Assembly (NCBI GenBank): GCA_903911825.1
Contig: CAIWFB010000194.1
Location: 2,070 to 66,069, forward strand
Direction of reading: 5' to 3'
Source of the DNA: an uncultured Verrucomicrobia subdivision 3 bacterium
GTDB lineage: Bacteria > Verrucomicrobiota > Verrucomicrobiia > Limisphaerales > UBA11358
Length of the DNA: 64,000 nt
The position numbers were made by a program, and so were the translations under genes. The notes under the pieces were generated by a model. That model saw nothing but the letters and a program-made list of their open reading frames with translations. It was not told the origin of the DNA and ran no database searches. Shown here in pieces: positions 1 to 10,463 of the stretch (its first letter is position 1; each line of letters starts with the position of its first letter).

Positions 1-584
1 CCCAACCACGGCATGATCCAGTGACCGTGTTCGCCCAAACCATTCGCCCCGCGCAGGTGATCGAAGATGAGATCACCAATCGCATAACCAAGATTCATAA
101 GCGCGTAGTAGAGCGCGAACGCCACGGAGCGTTGCGCCGCGTTGGAATATTTTTTGCACGCCGCCGTCATCACCGGAATCATCATCGCGATACCCGCCGC
201 TTGTAGATACAGCCCGCACGGCAACACGATCCAACGCTCCACTGAAAACGTCATCACCGTGCGCGACACGAGGCAGAGAATGAAGCCGATGAGAAAGGTG
301 CGACGAATCCCGAGCGCATCCGTCAGCGAACCGATCATCACCGTGATGAGCGTCATGATGGCTGACCACAACGCGATGGTGGCGCCGGCGGATTTGTCGC
401 CGAAACCGAGATCATGCGAAAGCCACAGCGTCAGCACGCCCGCCGCGCCGAGTTTGTAGGCGAGATTTTCGAGAATATAAGCGCCGTAAACCACCCACAG
501 CTCGCGCGGCGTGTGGCGCATGACGGCAAACTTGTTCAGGAAATTTTGGAAACGTGACCGTGACGGCGTGGTTTCTGAATTCAT
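1..584 (-). CDS. MFS-type transporter, N-terminal part (gene runs off the left edge of the window)
   Basis: My own minus-strand translation from the ATG at 584..582 stays open to position 1 (MNSETTPSRSRFQNFLNKFAVMRHTPRELWVVYGAYILENLAYKLGAAGVLTLWL...). It shows successive hydrophobic helices with short charged loops. It is missing from the ORF track because no stop lies inside the window. Confidence 0.55.
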   Translation of the reverse strand, partial: MNSETTPSRSRFQNFLNKFAVMRHTPRELWVVYGAYILENLAYKLGAAGVLTLWLSHDLGFGDKSAGATIALWSAIMTLITVMIGSLTDALGIRRTFLIGFILCLVSRTVMTFSVERWIVLPCGLYLQAAGIAMMIPVMTAACKKYSNAAQRSVAFALYYALMNLGYAIGDLIFDHLRGANGLGEHGHWIMPWL

Positions 585-597
585 CTGATTAATGGGT

Positions 598-3096
598 TCA
601 CTCTGCACCTTGTGCCGGTGAGAATAAATCCATCTGCGGGGCGGGCGCGAGGCTTTTTAATTTTTCGCGGTCTTGCGTGCGCCGCGGCTGGCGCACATTG
701 CCTTCGGGCGTGAGTTCGGATTCTTCCAAGTTGCGGAGAATTTCTTTCGCACGTTCCAGCACGGGCTTCGGAACGCCAGCAAGCCGCGCGACTTGAATGC
801 CGTAGCTCTTGTCCGTGCCGCCTTCCACGATCTTGCGAAGAAAGACAATCTGGTCATGCCATTCGCGCACGGCAACGTTGAAATTTTTGATGCGCGGCAG
901 ACGCGCGGCGAGTTCGGTCAATTCGTGATAATGCGTGGCGAACAACGTTTTCGCGCCGGCCTGATTGTGCAGGTATTCCACGATGCTCCACGCGAGCGAA
1001 AGGCCATCGAACGTGCTCGTGCCGCGGCCGATTTCGTCCAATACGATAAGGCTGCGCGGCGTGGCATTGTTCAGGATGTTCGCAGTCTCGGTCATCTCGA
1101 CCATGAACGTGGATTGGCCGCGCGACAGGTCGTCGCTCGCGCCGATGCGCGTGAAGATGCGGTCCACCAGATCAATCCGTGCCTCGGCAGCGGGAACAAA
1201 ACTGCCGGTATGCGCGAGCAGCGTGAGCAGCGCCACCTGCCGGATGTAAGTAGATTTACCCGCCATGTTCGGCCCAGTGATCAAGGCGATTTGAAGCTCC
1301 TTCGTAAACGTCACATCGTTCGGAACGAAGCGTTCTTCAACCAACTGTTGCTCCAACACCGGATGACGTCCGTCGCGGATTTGCAAAACACCTTCGTCGG
1401 CAACTTGCGGACAGACGTAATTGTGCAGCCGCGCGGTTTCCGCGAACGAACCCAACACATCCAACTGTGCCAGAGCGGAAGCGCTTTGCTGGATGCGGCT
1501 CATCTGCGCGAGCACTTCTTCGCGCACGCGCTGGAAGATTTCGTATTCCAACTTCACGCTACGCTCTTCTGCGCCGAGGATTTTGCCCTCCATGTCCTTC
1601 AACTCGGGCGTGATGAAGCGCTCGCCATTCGCGACGGTCTGCTTGCGATGATAATGCGGCGGCACCTTGTCGAGATTCGACTTGGTGACTTCGATGTAAT
1701 AACCGAAAACGGAATTGAACCGCACTTTCAGCGACGTGATGCCGGTGCGCTCGATTTCATCGGCCTGCAATTTGGCGATCCAATCTTTGCCGCCACGCTG
1801 GGCGTCGCGTAGTTCGTCGAGCGCCGGTTCAAAGCCGTCACGAATCATACCGCCTTCTTTGATGGGCAATGGCGGTTCATCTACGATGGCGCGGGAAATC
1901 AATTCAACCAAGTCAGGGGATTCGGCGACTTGGTCGTTTAAATCAGCAATCAACGCTGTGCCCGCTGAATTGACCGTGGCTAACGTCTGCTTCAAAGCTG
2001 GAATCTGTTCCAACGCGGTTCGCAGCGCGACGAGGTCGCGCGCGTTGCCACTGCCGGAACTCAACCGGCCGATCGTGCGTTCCAAATCGCGAACATTCGC
2101 GAGTTGTTGGCGAAAACTGTCGAGGCCAAACGTGTTTTCCAGAAACGTTTGCACCGCTTCCTGCCGACGGCGAATCGGTTCGACGCCCGCGAGCGGTTGC
2201 GAAAGCCATTGGCGCAACAAACGCGCGCCCATTGGCGTGGCGGTGCGGTTCAGCGCGCCGTAGAGCGACGAGTTGCGCGGGGCATCGTGATGCTGCGGTT
2301 CGAGAATCTCCAGATGTCGCAGCGTGGTGTAATCTAGCGTGAGAAAATCGCTGCGCCGATAAAACGTGATGCGCGTGAGATGCTTCACGTCGCGGCGCAA
2401 ACTTTGCGTGAGGTAATGCAACACACCGCCCGCTGCGCCGATGGCGGCGGTCTTGTCTTTGAGTCCAAAGCCATCGAGCGTGGCGACTTTGAATTGTTCT
2501 TTCACCGTGTAGAACGCGGTTTCCGGCGCGAACGTCCAATCGTCGTAGCCGCTCAAAATTCGAAACGCGCCGCGCAGCAACTCTCGCAACTGCGTGGCCT
2601 CGGTGGGGAAAATGATTTCCGCAGGACGCAAGCGCTCCAGTTCCGCGAGCAGCGTGGCTTCGTTTTCCAGTTCCGTCGTGAGAAAATCTCCCGTGGTCAA
2701 ATCCACGAGCGCGAGGCCGAAGATCTTTCCGCTGGGATAAACGGCCGCGAGAAAATTATTCCGCTCGGCGACCAACATGCGTTCATCAAAGTGCGTGCCG
2801 GGCGAGAGGATTTGCGTGACCTCGCGGTTCACGAGTTTACCGGGCTTGGCTTCCTCGGTCTGTTCGCAGATGGCAACTTTTCGTCCGGCTTTGAGCACGC
2901 GCGCGATGTAATTATTCGCCGCGTGAAACGGCAGTCCGCACATCGGAATCCCGTTGCGCGCGGTGAGCGAGAGATTCAGCAGTTGCGCGCCGTCTTTGGC
3001 GTCCTCGAAGAACATCTCGTAAAAATCGCCGAGACGGAACAGCAAGAGCGCATCCTTCGGCAGTTCGCCTTTGATACGGCGATACTGCGCCATCAT
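598..3096 (-). CDS. mutS: DNA mismatch repair protein MutS
   Basis: The ORF 598..3234 carries the N-terminal MutS signature TPMMAQY...GDFYEMFFEDA, Walker A GPNMAGKST and a C-terminal helix-turn-helix region. I set the start at the ATG-ATG of TPMMAQY (3096); a GTG at 3123 is an alternative. The first 46 codons of the track ORF look like read-through into the divergent amtB upstream region. Confidence 0.95.
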   Translation of the reverse strand: MMAQYRRIKGELPKDALLLFRLGDFYEMFFEDAKDGAQLLNLSLTARNGIPMCGLPFHAANNYIARVLKAGRKVAICEQTEEAKPGKLVNREVTQILSPGTHFDERMLVAERNNFLAAVYPSGKIFGLALVDLTTGDFLTTELENEATLLAELERLRPAEIIFPTEATQLRELLRGAFRILSGYDDWTFAPETAFYTVKEQFKVATLDGFGLKDKTAAIGAAGGVLHYLTQSLRRDVKHLTRITFYRRSDFLTLDYTTLRHLEILEPQHHDAPRNSSLYGALNRTATPMGARLLRQWLSQPLAGVEPIRRRQEAVQTFLENTFGLDSFRQQLANVRDLERTIGRLSSGSGNARDLVALRTALEQIPALKQTLATVNSAGTALIADLNDQVAESPDLVELISRAIVDEPPLPIKEGGMIRDGFEPALDELRDAQRGGKDWIAKLQADEIERTGITSLKVRFNSVFGYYIEVTKSNLDKVPPHYHRKQTVANGERFITPELKDMEGKILGAEERSVKLEYEIFQRVREEVLAQMSRIQQSASALAQLDVLGSFAETARLHNYVCPQVADEGVLQIRDGRHPVLEQQLVEERFVPNDVTFTKELQIALITGPNMAGKSTYIRQVALLTLLAHTGSFVPAAEARIDLVDRIFTRIGASDDLSRGQSTFMVEMTETANILNNATPRSLIVLDEIGRGTSTFDGLSLAWSIVEYLHNQAGAKTLFATHYHELTELAARLPRIKNFNVAVREWHDQIVFLRKIVEGGTDKSYGIQVARLAGVPKPVLERAKEILRNLEESELTPEGNVRQPRRTQDREKLKSLAPAPQMDLFSPAQGAE

Positions 3097-3219
3097 GGGA
3101 GTGAGTTGCGCTTCAGCGGACACGGCGAGCAGGCTAAACGTGAACGACGGCAAAATCGAACAACTTTTCAGCAACCGCGTCGTTGACACCAAAAGACAGA
3201 TTTGTTGAACTTCGCGCCC

Positions 3220-4602
3220 ATGAACCCGTTTCATTTCATCAGAAGCAGAACCTTGTTGTGCTCATGTCTCGGCGGACTGGCTTTTTTGGCCACCAGCACC
3301 CTTTCGGCAGCCGAAGCCGCCACTCCAGCCTTGACCGTCAACACCGGCGATAACGCCTGGCTCCTCGCCAGCACCGCCCTCGTGCTAATGATGACCGCCC
3401 CGGGCCTGATTCTGTTTTACGGCGGTTTAGTGCGAAACAAAAACGTGCTCTCCACGATGATGCACAGTTTGATTTTGATGGCGCTGATTTCGGCGCTGTG
3501 GATGGTGTTCGGCTACAGCATGGCGTTCGCGGAGGGCAATGCCTTCTTCGGCAACCCGCTGACGTATCTCTTTTTGAAGGGCGTTGGCGCTGCACCCAAC
3601 GGCGACTATGCGGCGACGATTCCACACCAGACGTTCATGTTGTTTCAATTGATGTTCGCCATCATCACGCCGGCGCTCATCAGCGGGGCCGTGGCTGAAC
3701 GCGTGCGCTTCAGCGCGTATGTGATGTTCATGCTGCTGTGGGTGACGCTGATCTATTTTCCCTTGTGTCACATGGTTTGGGGCAAAGGCGGATATTTTAA
3801 CTGGGCGCTCGGTGGCGCGATTCCCGTGCTGGATTTTGCCGGCGGAACGGTGGTGCATATCAGTTCCGGCGTTTCGGCGCTGGTCTTTGCCATCGTGCTG
3901 GGCAAACGCGACGGTTTTCCACGTGAACCGATGGTGCCGCACAACGTGGTGCTGTCGCTCGTCGGCACCGGCCTGCTGTGGGTCGGTTGGTTTGGCTTCA
4001 ATGCGGGTAGCGCCTTGAATGCCGGCGGTCTCGCCACGAGCGCTTTTGCGGCTACGCATTTTTCTGCCGCCGCTGGTGCCTTGAGCTGGACCGCAACGGA
4101 ATGGCTGTTGAAAGGTCGTCCGAGCGTTTTAGGTTCTGCCTCCGGGATGGTCGCAGGTTTGGCCACCATCACTCCGGCCTCGGGTTTTGTGACAATTCCC
4201 GCCGCTTTCACCATCGGTTTGGCGGGCGGCATAGTTTGTTACTTCGCGGTGACCAAATTGAAAGGCGCCTTCAATTACGACGATTCACTCGACGTTTTCG
4301 GCGTGCATTGCGTGGGCAGCGTGACGGGCATGTTGCTGCTGGGCTTCTTCGCCAGCGCAGAAGTGAATCCGCTCATCGCCACGACATTCATGAAAAATGG
4401 CGCGGTGGTTTCGCTCGTCGGCAGTTCGGCGCAATTTCTCAACCAGCTCATCGGCGTGGCGTTCACGGCGGCACTGGCGGGCATCGGCACCTTCATCCTC
4501 CTGAAAGTGGTAGATAAACTGATCGGTCTGCGGGTGGACCAAGAATCCGAAAGTATCGGACTAGACCTTTCCCAACACGGCGAGAGTGCGTATAATGAAT
4601 AA
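3220..4602 (+). CDS. amtB: Ammonium transporter (Amt/MEP family)
   Basis: It has a signal peptide followed by about 11 TM helices. Amt signatures are present (DFAGGTVVHISSG, GWFGFNAGS, VHCVGSVTG). I set the start at the ATG at 3220; the track ORF begins at a TTG at 3202. Confidence 0.93.
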   Translation: MNPFHFIRSRTLLCSCLGGLAFLATSTLSAAEAATPALTVNTGDNAWLLASTALVLMMTAPGLILFYGGLVRNKNVLSTMMHSLILMALISALWMVFGYSMAFAEGNAFFGNPLTYLFLKGVGAAPNGDYAATIPHQTFMLFQLMFAIITPALISGAVAERVRFSAYVMFMLLWVTLIYFPLCHMVWGKGGYFNWALGGAIPVLDFAGGTVVHISSGVSALVFAIVLGKRDGFPREPMVPHNVVLSLVGTGLLWVGWFGFNAGSALNAGGLATSAFAATHFSAAAGALSWTATEWLLKGRPSVLGSASGMVAGLATITPASGFVTIPAAFTIGLAGGIVCYFAVTKLKGAFNYDDSLDVFGVHCVGSVTGMLLLGFFASAEVNPLIATTFMKNGAVVSLVGSSAQFLNQLIGVAFTAALAGIGTFILLKVVDKLIGLRVDQESESIGLDLSQHGESAYNE

Positions 4603-4947
<345 letters not shown>

Positions 4948-4972
4948 CAATTTAACCGCTAATCAAAATTGC

Positions 4973-5011
4973 AAAAAGAGCGCGGGCTAGACTGCCCGTG
5001 CTCTTTTTTTC
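4973..5011. terminator. Bidirectional intrinsic terminator between convergent glnK and the M48 peptidase gene
   Basis: The hairpin is AGAGCGCGGGC (4977-4987) paired with GCCCGTGCTCT (4994-5004). An A-run lies upstream and a T-run (5004-5010) downstream. Confidence 0.6.
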
Positions 5012-5032
5012 TTGTCAGCGAAGATTTGCGAT

Positions 5033-5833
5033 TCAGTTCTGTTTAACCTGCGCCTTCGCCTCCGGCAGCCAGCTTTGCAATTGTTTGATACGCGTCTCAT
5101 CCGTCGGATGCGTGCGTAAAAATGCCGGCGTAGCGCCGCCGCCGTTCTGTTGGTTGTAAGCTGCGAAGCGCTGCCAAAATTGCACCGCCGCTTCCGGGTT
5201 GTAACCCGCTCGCGCCATGTAAATCAGTCCGATGTGATCGGCCTCGGATTCTTGCGCGCGGCTGTGCGGCAGTTCGCGACCCACTTGCGTGGTCAGACCA
5301 TAAGCCGCATTGGCCAGCACCTGCACGCGCGGATCGGAATTGGCCAGACCGGTGCCCAGCGCCTGCCCGCCCAACTGGATCAACATCCCTTCGCTCATCC
5401 GTTCGGCCCCGTGCCGCGCAATCGCGTGCGCCACTTCGTGACCGATGACTGTGGCGAGGCCAGCTTCATCTTTCGTGATCGGCAAAATGCCCGTGTAAAC
5501 CCCCACCTTGCCGCCGGGCAGACAGAAGGCATTCGCCTCCTTGCTCGCGAACACCACAAATTCCCATTGCGCGTTCGGCATATCCGGTCCGGCGATGGCC
5601 GCGATCCGTTTGCCCACTTTTTGCACCAACGCATTCGCCGCCGCATCGTTGCTGATGGGCGTGCCCTTCTTCATTTCGTTGAAACTGGATAAGCCCAGCG
5701 ACATCTCTTGGTCCGGCGAAACCAGCGCGGTGAATTGCGAACGTCCCGTGATGGGCACCGTGCTGCAACCGCTGGCCGCTAACATCAAGGCACCGAACAC
5801 GCTGGCGAAAAGAATGGGTTTTAAGCATTTCAT
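5033..5833 (-). CDS. M48-family zinc metallopeptidase lipoprotein
   Basis: It has a lipobox (LAASGCS), the HEXXH motif HEVAHAIARH and a downstream ESEAD motif. At 266 aa it fits YcaL/LoiP-like M48 enzymes. Confidence 0.85.
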   Translation of the reverse strand: MKCLKPILFASVFGALMLAASGCSTVPITGRSQFTALVSPDQEMSLGLSSFNEMKKGTPISNDAAANALVQKVGKRIAAIAGPDMPNAQWEFVVFASKEANAFCLPGGKVGVYTGILPITKDEAGLATVIGHEVAHAIARHGAERMSEGMLIQLGGQALGTGLANSDPRVQVLANAAYGLTTQVGRELPHSRAQESEADHIGLIYMARAGYNPEAAVQFWQRFAAYNQQNGGGATPAFLRTHPTDETRIKQLQSWLPEAKAQVKQN

Positions 5834-5875
5834 GACGGCAAAGAAGCAGAACGGGCGGCGTTTTCCAATCCGAAA

Positions 5876-6754
5876 TCATTCCGTCGCCAGCCGCGCGATT
5901 TCAGCAGCATACCCGGTGCGATAATCCGGGAACTGGAATTGATATTTTAGTTCGGCGCGCAGTTTGGCGTTGCTCACCTGTTTATTCGTCACGCCGCGAC
6001 GACGCCACGCCTCCACATCGGCCACCACGCTCAGCGGCAGTGGACGTTGAAGTTCGCCTGCGAGCCATTGATAAAACTCCAACTGACTCGGCGACTCGTT
6101 GTCCGCAGCGTTATAAATCTCTCCGGGCCGCGCGTTTTGGAGCGCAGCGATGATGACCCCGATCAAGTCATCCCGATGAATCATGTTCAACCAGCGTGCG
6201 CCGGTGCCCTCGATCCGCGCTTCACCGCGCAGAAACGCTTTGAAAGAATAGCCGCGCCCGGGTCCGTAGATTCCTGCCACGCGCAGAATCGCGGCGGGAA
6301 ATTGTTGCGCCGCCGCCGCAAGCAGCAGCTGTTCGGTTTCTACCAGCACTTGGGAAGTCGCTGCCGCCGGTTCCGTGGGGGAATTTTCGGTGACCACCGA
6401 GCCATCATTCTGCGCATAAACGCTGGTGCTGCTCGTGTAGATAAATTTTTTGATCGGCGAACCGGCCAGCCAAGCGATCAGGTGCCGATTACCTTCCAGA
6501 TAAATCTTCCGGTAATCCGCCGCATCGCCGCCGCCGGACGCGGTGCAGTTCACCACCCAATCAAAATCTCGCGGCAGTTGCGTGAGCGATTCCGGCTGCG
6601 TGACATCCGCGAGCAAGGGCTGGATGCCCGCCGACCTCATCTCATCCGCCGCCAACGCACTACGCCGCAGGCCAAAAACTGTATGACCCTGGCGAACCAA
6701 TTCTTTGCCCAGCGGAAAACCGACGTAGCCGCAGCCGACGATCAAGACGCGCAT
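5876..6754 (-). CDS. NAD(P)-dependent SDR-family epimerase/dehydratase-like oxidoreductase
   Basis: The N-terminus carries a Rossmann motif (MRVLIVGCGYVG). The length is 292 aa, and an extended-SDR-like YxxxK region is present. Confidence 0.8.
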   Translation of the reverse strand: MRVLIVGCGYVGFPLGKELVRQGHTVFGLRRSALAADEMRSAGIQPLLADVTQPESLTQLPRDFDWVVNCTASGGGDAADYRKIYLEGNRHLIAWLAGSPIKKFIYTSSTSVYAQNDGSVVTENSPTEPAAATSQVLVETEQLLLAAAAQQFPAAILRVAGIYGPGRGYSFKAFLRGEARIEGTGARWLNMIHRDDLIGVIIAALQNARPGEIYNAADNESPSQLEFYQWLAGELQRPLPLSVVADVEAWRRRGVTNKQVSNAKLRAELKYQFQFPDYRTGYAAEIARLATE

Positions 6755-6758
6755 AAAA

Positions 6759-7064
6759 TCAGGTGGCGAACAAGGCGTGGAGATTCATCGCCCCATGTTT
6801 GACCCGCAGCAAGACCAGTTCTTTTTCGCGGGCGGTATAAAAAATCAAGTAGCGGGGAAAATCTTTGACTGCATAGGTGCGGATGCCGTCGGGCTGCAAA
6901 TCGCGGCGCACTCGCCCGAGCTGCGGATTTTTCTGAAGCAGGGCGAGCGTTCGGTAAATGGAGTTTTCCCAGCGCGTGGCAATTTCCTTGTTGGCTTCGC
7001 GGGCCAGATATTCCACGCCCTCGGCAAAATCCGTCTCGAAGACGGAACTGAACAGGAGCTTCAT
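6759..7064 (-). CDS. Type II toxin, ParE/RelE family
   Basis: The 101-aa product has the typical ParE-like C-terminus (IFYTAREKELVLLRVKHGAMN). It overlaps the upstream small gene by 4 nt. Confidence 0.72.
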   Translation of the reverse strand: MKLLFSSVFETDFAEGVEYLAREANKEIATRWENSIYRTLALLQKNPQLGRVRRDLQPDGIRTYAVKDFPRYLIFYTAREKELVLLRVKHGAMNLHALFAT

Positions 7065-7318
7065 CCGCGCACCTTGGCCTTGGCTTTCGCGGCTAGGTCG
7101 CGCAGGCGATCCAGACTGCCCGGGCGAAATTCACTCGCCAGCGCCTCATCAATCCACTTCTGCTGGGTCTTGGAAACTAGCGCATCTTCCAGATCAAAAC
7201 TCATTTCGATACGCGCCATCGCTTCCTGATTCACACTCCGGAAATTGCGTCCAGCCGAAGCTGCCAGCCGCATTTTAAGTTCTTTGGGGATGCCTTTGAC
7301 CTGTAAGTCTGCGCTCAT
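7061..7318 (-). CDS. Ribbon-helix-helix antitoxin (Arc/FitA-like) partner of the ParE toxin
   Basis: The 85-aa product has an N-terminal RHH pattern (LQVKGIPKELKMRLAASAGRNFRSVNQEAMARI). The ATGA overlap with the toxin gene supports the pairing. Confidence 0.6.
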   Translation of the reverse strand: MSADLQVKGIPKELKMRLAASAGRNFRSVNQEAMARIEMSFDLEDALVSKTQQKWIDEALASEFRPGSLDRLRDLAAKAKAKVRG

Positions 7319-7348
7319 AAAAAAACCATAACACCACCATTTTGGGTG

Positions 7349-8281
7349 TCAATCCATCACCGCCGCGAAGCGCAGGCCGCGCGTGCTGACGCGCAATTCT
7401 TTGAAGCTGAATTCCTGCATCACCGCTTCAAAAATCAGCACGCCCGTGAGGATGACATCCGCCCGTTGCTTGGGCAGACCGGGGATTTCTTTGCGTGCCG
7501 CGAGCGGCAGGCTCCAAAGCCGTTCGCGGTGGGCGGAGACTTGTTCCAGCGTCAGCACGGCGCGTTCGATTTTATCGCGGTCGAAGCGATCTAGCTTTTT
7601 TTCCACGCGCGCGAGAATACTCGTCGTGCCGCCAGTGCCGATGAGTTGGATCTCGCCGCGCTCGTTATTCAAAGCCGGCTCCAGTTGTGGGTGCACTTCG
7701 TGATTCAGAAAAGCGCGTAACCAATCGCGGCATTTGGTGAATTCCGCTTTGGTCGGCGGGTCGCTGTGCGGAAATTTTTCCATCAAACGCACCGTGCCGA
7801 GCGGAAAGCTGTGGGCAAAGTGTTTCTTGGTGCCCTGGCCCACGATGAATTCCGTGCTCCCGCCGCCGACATCCAGCAGCAGCAGCGGATGCGTGGCAAG
7901 TTCGGTGTCCGTGGCGACGCCTTGGAAAGCCCATTCAGCTTCGCGGGCGCCAGAAATAATTTCCGTTTTCAGGCCGCAAGCGCGTTCGATAGCGTCGGTC
8001 AAGTCGCGGGGATTTTTGGCATCGCGCGCGGCGCTGGTGGCGATGACGCGGATGGATTCAGCTGACCGCTCTCGGGCGATTTCAGAAAACTCCCAGACGG
8101 CCGCCGCTGTGTGCGCGATACTTTCAGGCTGTAGCTGATGCGTTTCGTAGAAACCTTTGCCAAGACGAGTCTGCTTGGATTCTTCGTGGATGGGCGTCAC
8201 CTCGCGACCGCGCACATCCGCCACCAACAATTTGATTGAGTTGGTGCCGACATCAATCACGGCGCGACGAACAAGTTCCAT
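7349..8281 (-). CDS. Ppx/GppA-family phosphatase (exopolyphosphatase / pppGpp phosphohydrolase)
   Basis: ASKHA-fold motifs are present (AVIDVGTNSIKLLVA, LLDVGGGSTEF, GTGGT). The length is 310 aa. Confidence 0.85.
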   Translation of the reverse strand: MELVRRAVIDVGTNSIKLLVADVRGREVTPIHEESKQTRLGKGFYETHQLQPESIAHTAAAVWEFSEIARERSAESIRVIATSAARDAKNPRDLTDAIERACGLKTEIISGAREAEWAFQGVATDTELATHPLLLLDVGGGSTEFIVGQGTKKHFAHSFPLGTVRLMEKFPHSDPPTKAEFTKCRDWLRAFLNHEVHPQLEPALNNERGEIQLIGTGGTTSILARVEKKLDRFDRDKIERAVLTLEQVSAHRERLWSLPLAARKEIPGLPKQRADVILTGVLIFEAVMQEFSFKELRVSTRGLRFAAVMD

Positions 8282-8321
8282 GCGCGCTCACTTTAAATTT
8301 TTTCCGGCCCGAAACCAAAGG

Positions 8322-10463
8322 CTAATTTGTGACATTTACCGGCGCGACCTCAACGTGCGCGGCGCTGCTGGCGGTGCGGGTCAAATTGCGCGCTTCGAGA
8401 TGCACGAGGGCATTGATATCGAGAATCAAACCCACGCGACCATCTCCGAGAATCGCGGCCCCGGCGAGCAGATGGTTTTTGTAAACCATCATGTCGTTCA
8501 AATTTTTGATGACGACTTCCTGTTTATGCAGCAGGCCGTCCACGAGCAGGCAGCGCAAATCGTTACCCGCTTGCACGACCACCACGATTCCTTCCGACGC
8601 ATCCGTTTTGGTACGCGTGCCGGCGCTGAACAGTTCGTTCAGGCGCAGCAAGGGAATGATGCGGCCACGGACATTCACGACTTCCGCGCGGTTTTGCACG
8701 CGGGAAACCATGCCCGGCTGCGGGCGGAACGATTCGCGCACCGAGAGCGTCGGGAGGATGTAGCGTTCTTCGCCCACCTTGACGATGAAGCCGTCAATGA
8801 TGGCTAGCGTGAGCGGCAAACTGATTTTGAATAGCGTGCCCTTGCCAGTCTGCGACGAGATTTCCACGCGCCCACGGAGCCGTTCAATGTTTCGGCGCAC
8901 CACGTCGAGACCGACGCCGCGTCCGGAAAGATCGGTAATTTTTTCCGCTGTGGAAAAACCAGCGGCGAAGATGAAGTGAAAGATTTCTTCGTCCGAAAGT
9001 TTCGCGTCCGCTGCGACCAAGCCGCGCTCCACAGCTTTCTGAAAAATTTTATCTTTGTTCAATCCCGCGCCATCGTCTTCGATTTCCACCACAATGGTTC
9101 CGCCTTGATGATAGGCGCGCAAAGCCAGTGTGCCAGTGGGCGACTTGCCGGCGGCGACCCGCTTTTCGCTCGTCTCGATACCGTGATCCATGGAGTTACG
9201 GATCATGTGGAGCAAGGGATCGTTCAATTCTTCCACGACGCCGCGATCGAGTTCCGTGTCTTCGCCGGTCGTGATGAATTGCACTTTTTTGGAATGCTTC
9301 GCCCCGATGTCGCGCACGACGCGGGACATCTTTTGGAACACGCCGCGAATGGGCACCATGCGCAGCGACATGCTGACGCGCTGCAATTCTTTCGTGATAC
9401 GCCCGAGCTGCGCGATGTTGCGCACGACCTGCGGGTTCACATTGGAAAGTTCGTTCAGATTCTGGCCGACGAGCGATTGGGCGATGACCATTTCGCCGAC
9501 GAGATCGAGCAGGCCATCGAGCTTGCCGGTATCCACTTTGACGACGGAAGCGTGTTGTTTATCTGCGGCCGGGGCGTGTTCACCAGCCTCGACGGCAGCG
9601 GGCGTTGGGCCGGAAGTTTTGGCGGCGGCGACGGGTGCGGCATGCGCTTTGCCATCAATGATGTCCTGCGCCTCCATCTTCAAGTCGGCGGTCGAAATGA
9701 CAATCGCCTTCACGGGCCGCTTGCCGGTCAATTGACCTTCAATCTCATCAATGAACTGCTTGAGCACATCGCGGCCGCGCAAAATGGTTTCGATGACCGG
9801 CGCATCAATCACGATTTTGCCCTGCCGCGCCTGATCCAACAACGATTCGAGCACGTGCGCGAGGCGGTTGATGGGCAGCAAATTCAAAAATCCGGCGCCG
9901 CCTTTGAAGGTATGGAACGCGCGGAAAATCGTGTTCAACATCTCGGAATCGTCCGGCTGATTTTCCAAGACGAGGACGCCTTGTTCGATGTTGTCGAGGT
10001 GCTCGCGAGATTCGGTGATGAATTCCTGCAGCAACTCCGCGTCATCCGCCAAATTCAAGTTTAGTGGTGGATCATCCGTGTGGACAGTCGGGCTGTTCGG
10101 TTCGACGGGGGCCGCAGGCACGGGGGCCGTCGCCACAACCACGATGGGCTCATTCGCTACGGGCGGGGCAAGCTCGGGCATGGGCGGCGCTGCGCTGGCC
10201 AGCGCGCGGACTTGCACCAGCAAAACCTGCAACCAAGCGATGTCATCAAGGGAGAAATTCGCTCCGGATTCAACGATTTTCACCATGCGCTCCCAGGCAT
10301 CCGCACAGAAAGCCGTCAGCTTGGGAATATCTTTGGCCTCATCGCGGAGGTTGCCGATCAAATCCAGAATAGGAAATTGACCTTGGGTGTCTCCGGCCTT
10401 GGCGGTGGAGACTTCCACTGCCAATTGACCGGCCAATTTGATTATCCGACTCGCATCGCTCAT
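8322..10463 (-). CDS. cheA: Chemotaxis-type histidine kinase CheA
   Basis: Present are an Hpt motif (FRAFHTFKGGAGF), a dimerisation region, a HATPase domain (EDDGAGL, GRGVGLDVV) and a C-terminal CheW-like domain. An extra roughly 150-aa N-terminal region precedes Hpt. I set the start at the ATG at 10463; the track ORF starts at a TTG at 10493. Confidence 0.9.
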   Translation of the reverse strand: MSDASRIIKLAGQLAVEVSTAKAGDTQGQFPILDLIGNLRDEAKDIPKLTAFCADAWERMVKIVESGANFSLDDIAWLQVLLVQVRALASAAPPMPELAPPVANEPIVVVATAPVPAAPVEPNSPTVHTDDPPLNLNLADDAELLQEFITESREHLDNIEQGVLVLENQPDDSEMLNTIFRAFHTFKGGAGFLNLLPINRLAHVLESLLDQARQGKIVIDAPVIETILRGRDVLKQFIDEIEGQLTGKRPVKAIVISTADLKMEAQDIIDGKAHAAPVAAAKTSGPTPAAVEAGEHAPAADKQHASVVKVDTGKLDGLLDLVGEMVIAQSLVGQNLNELSNVNPQVVRNIAQLGRITKELQRVSMSLRMVPIRGVFQKMSRVVRDIGAKHSKKVQFITTGEDTELDRGVVEELNDPLLHMIRNSMDHGIETSEKRVAAGKSPTGTLALRAYHQGGTIVVEIEDDGAGLNKDKIFQKAVERGLVAADAKLSDEEIFHFIFAAGFSTAEKITDLSGRGVGLDVVRRNIERLRGRVEISSQTGKGTLFKISLPLTLAIIDGFIVKVGEERYILPTLSVRESFRPQPGMVSRVQNRAEVVNVRGRIIPLLRLNELFSAGTRTKTDASEGIVVVVQAGNDLRCLLVDGLLHKQEVVIKNLNDMMVYKNHLLAGAAILGDGRVGLILDINALVHLEARNLTRTASSAAHVEVAPVNVTN

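Noticed and set aside
3100-3219. I looked for a sigma-54/NtrC-type promoter upstream of amtB.
   Set aside because: I could not find a convincing TGGCAC-N5-TTGC element by eye. Only a weak TTGACA-like hexamer is present (3184-3189), which is not enough to report as a feature.
3097-3234. Several track ORFs carry N-terminal extensions: mutS, and likewise 14950-15159, 42871-43071, 37736-37864, 46070-46222, 52085-52123 and 28562-28654.
   Set aside because: The extensions are non-homologous, often Arg-rich, or are translations of intergenic repeats. Internal ATGs coincide with the family-typical N-termini or create ATGA overlaps with the upstream stop.
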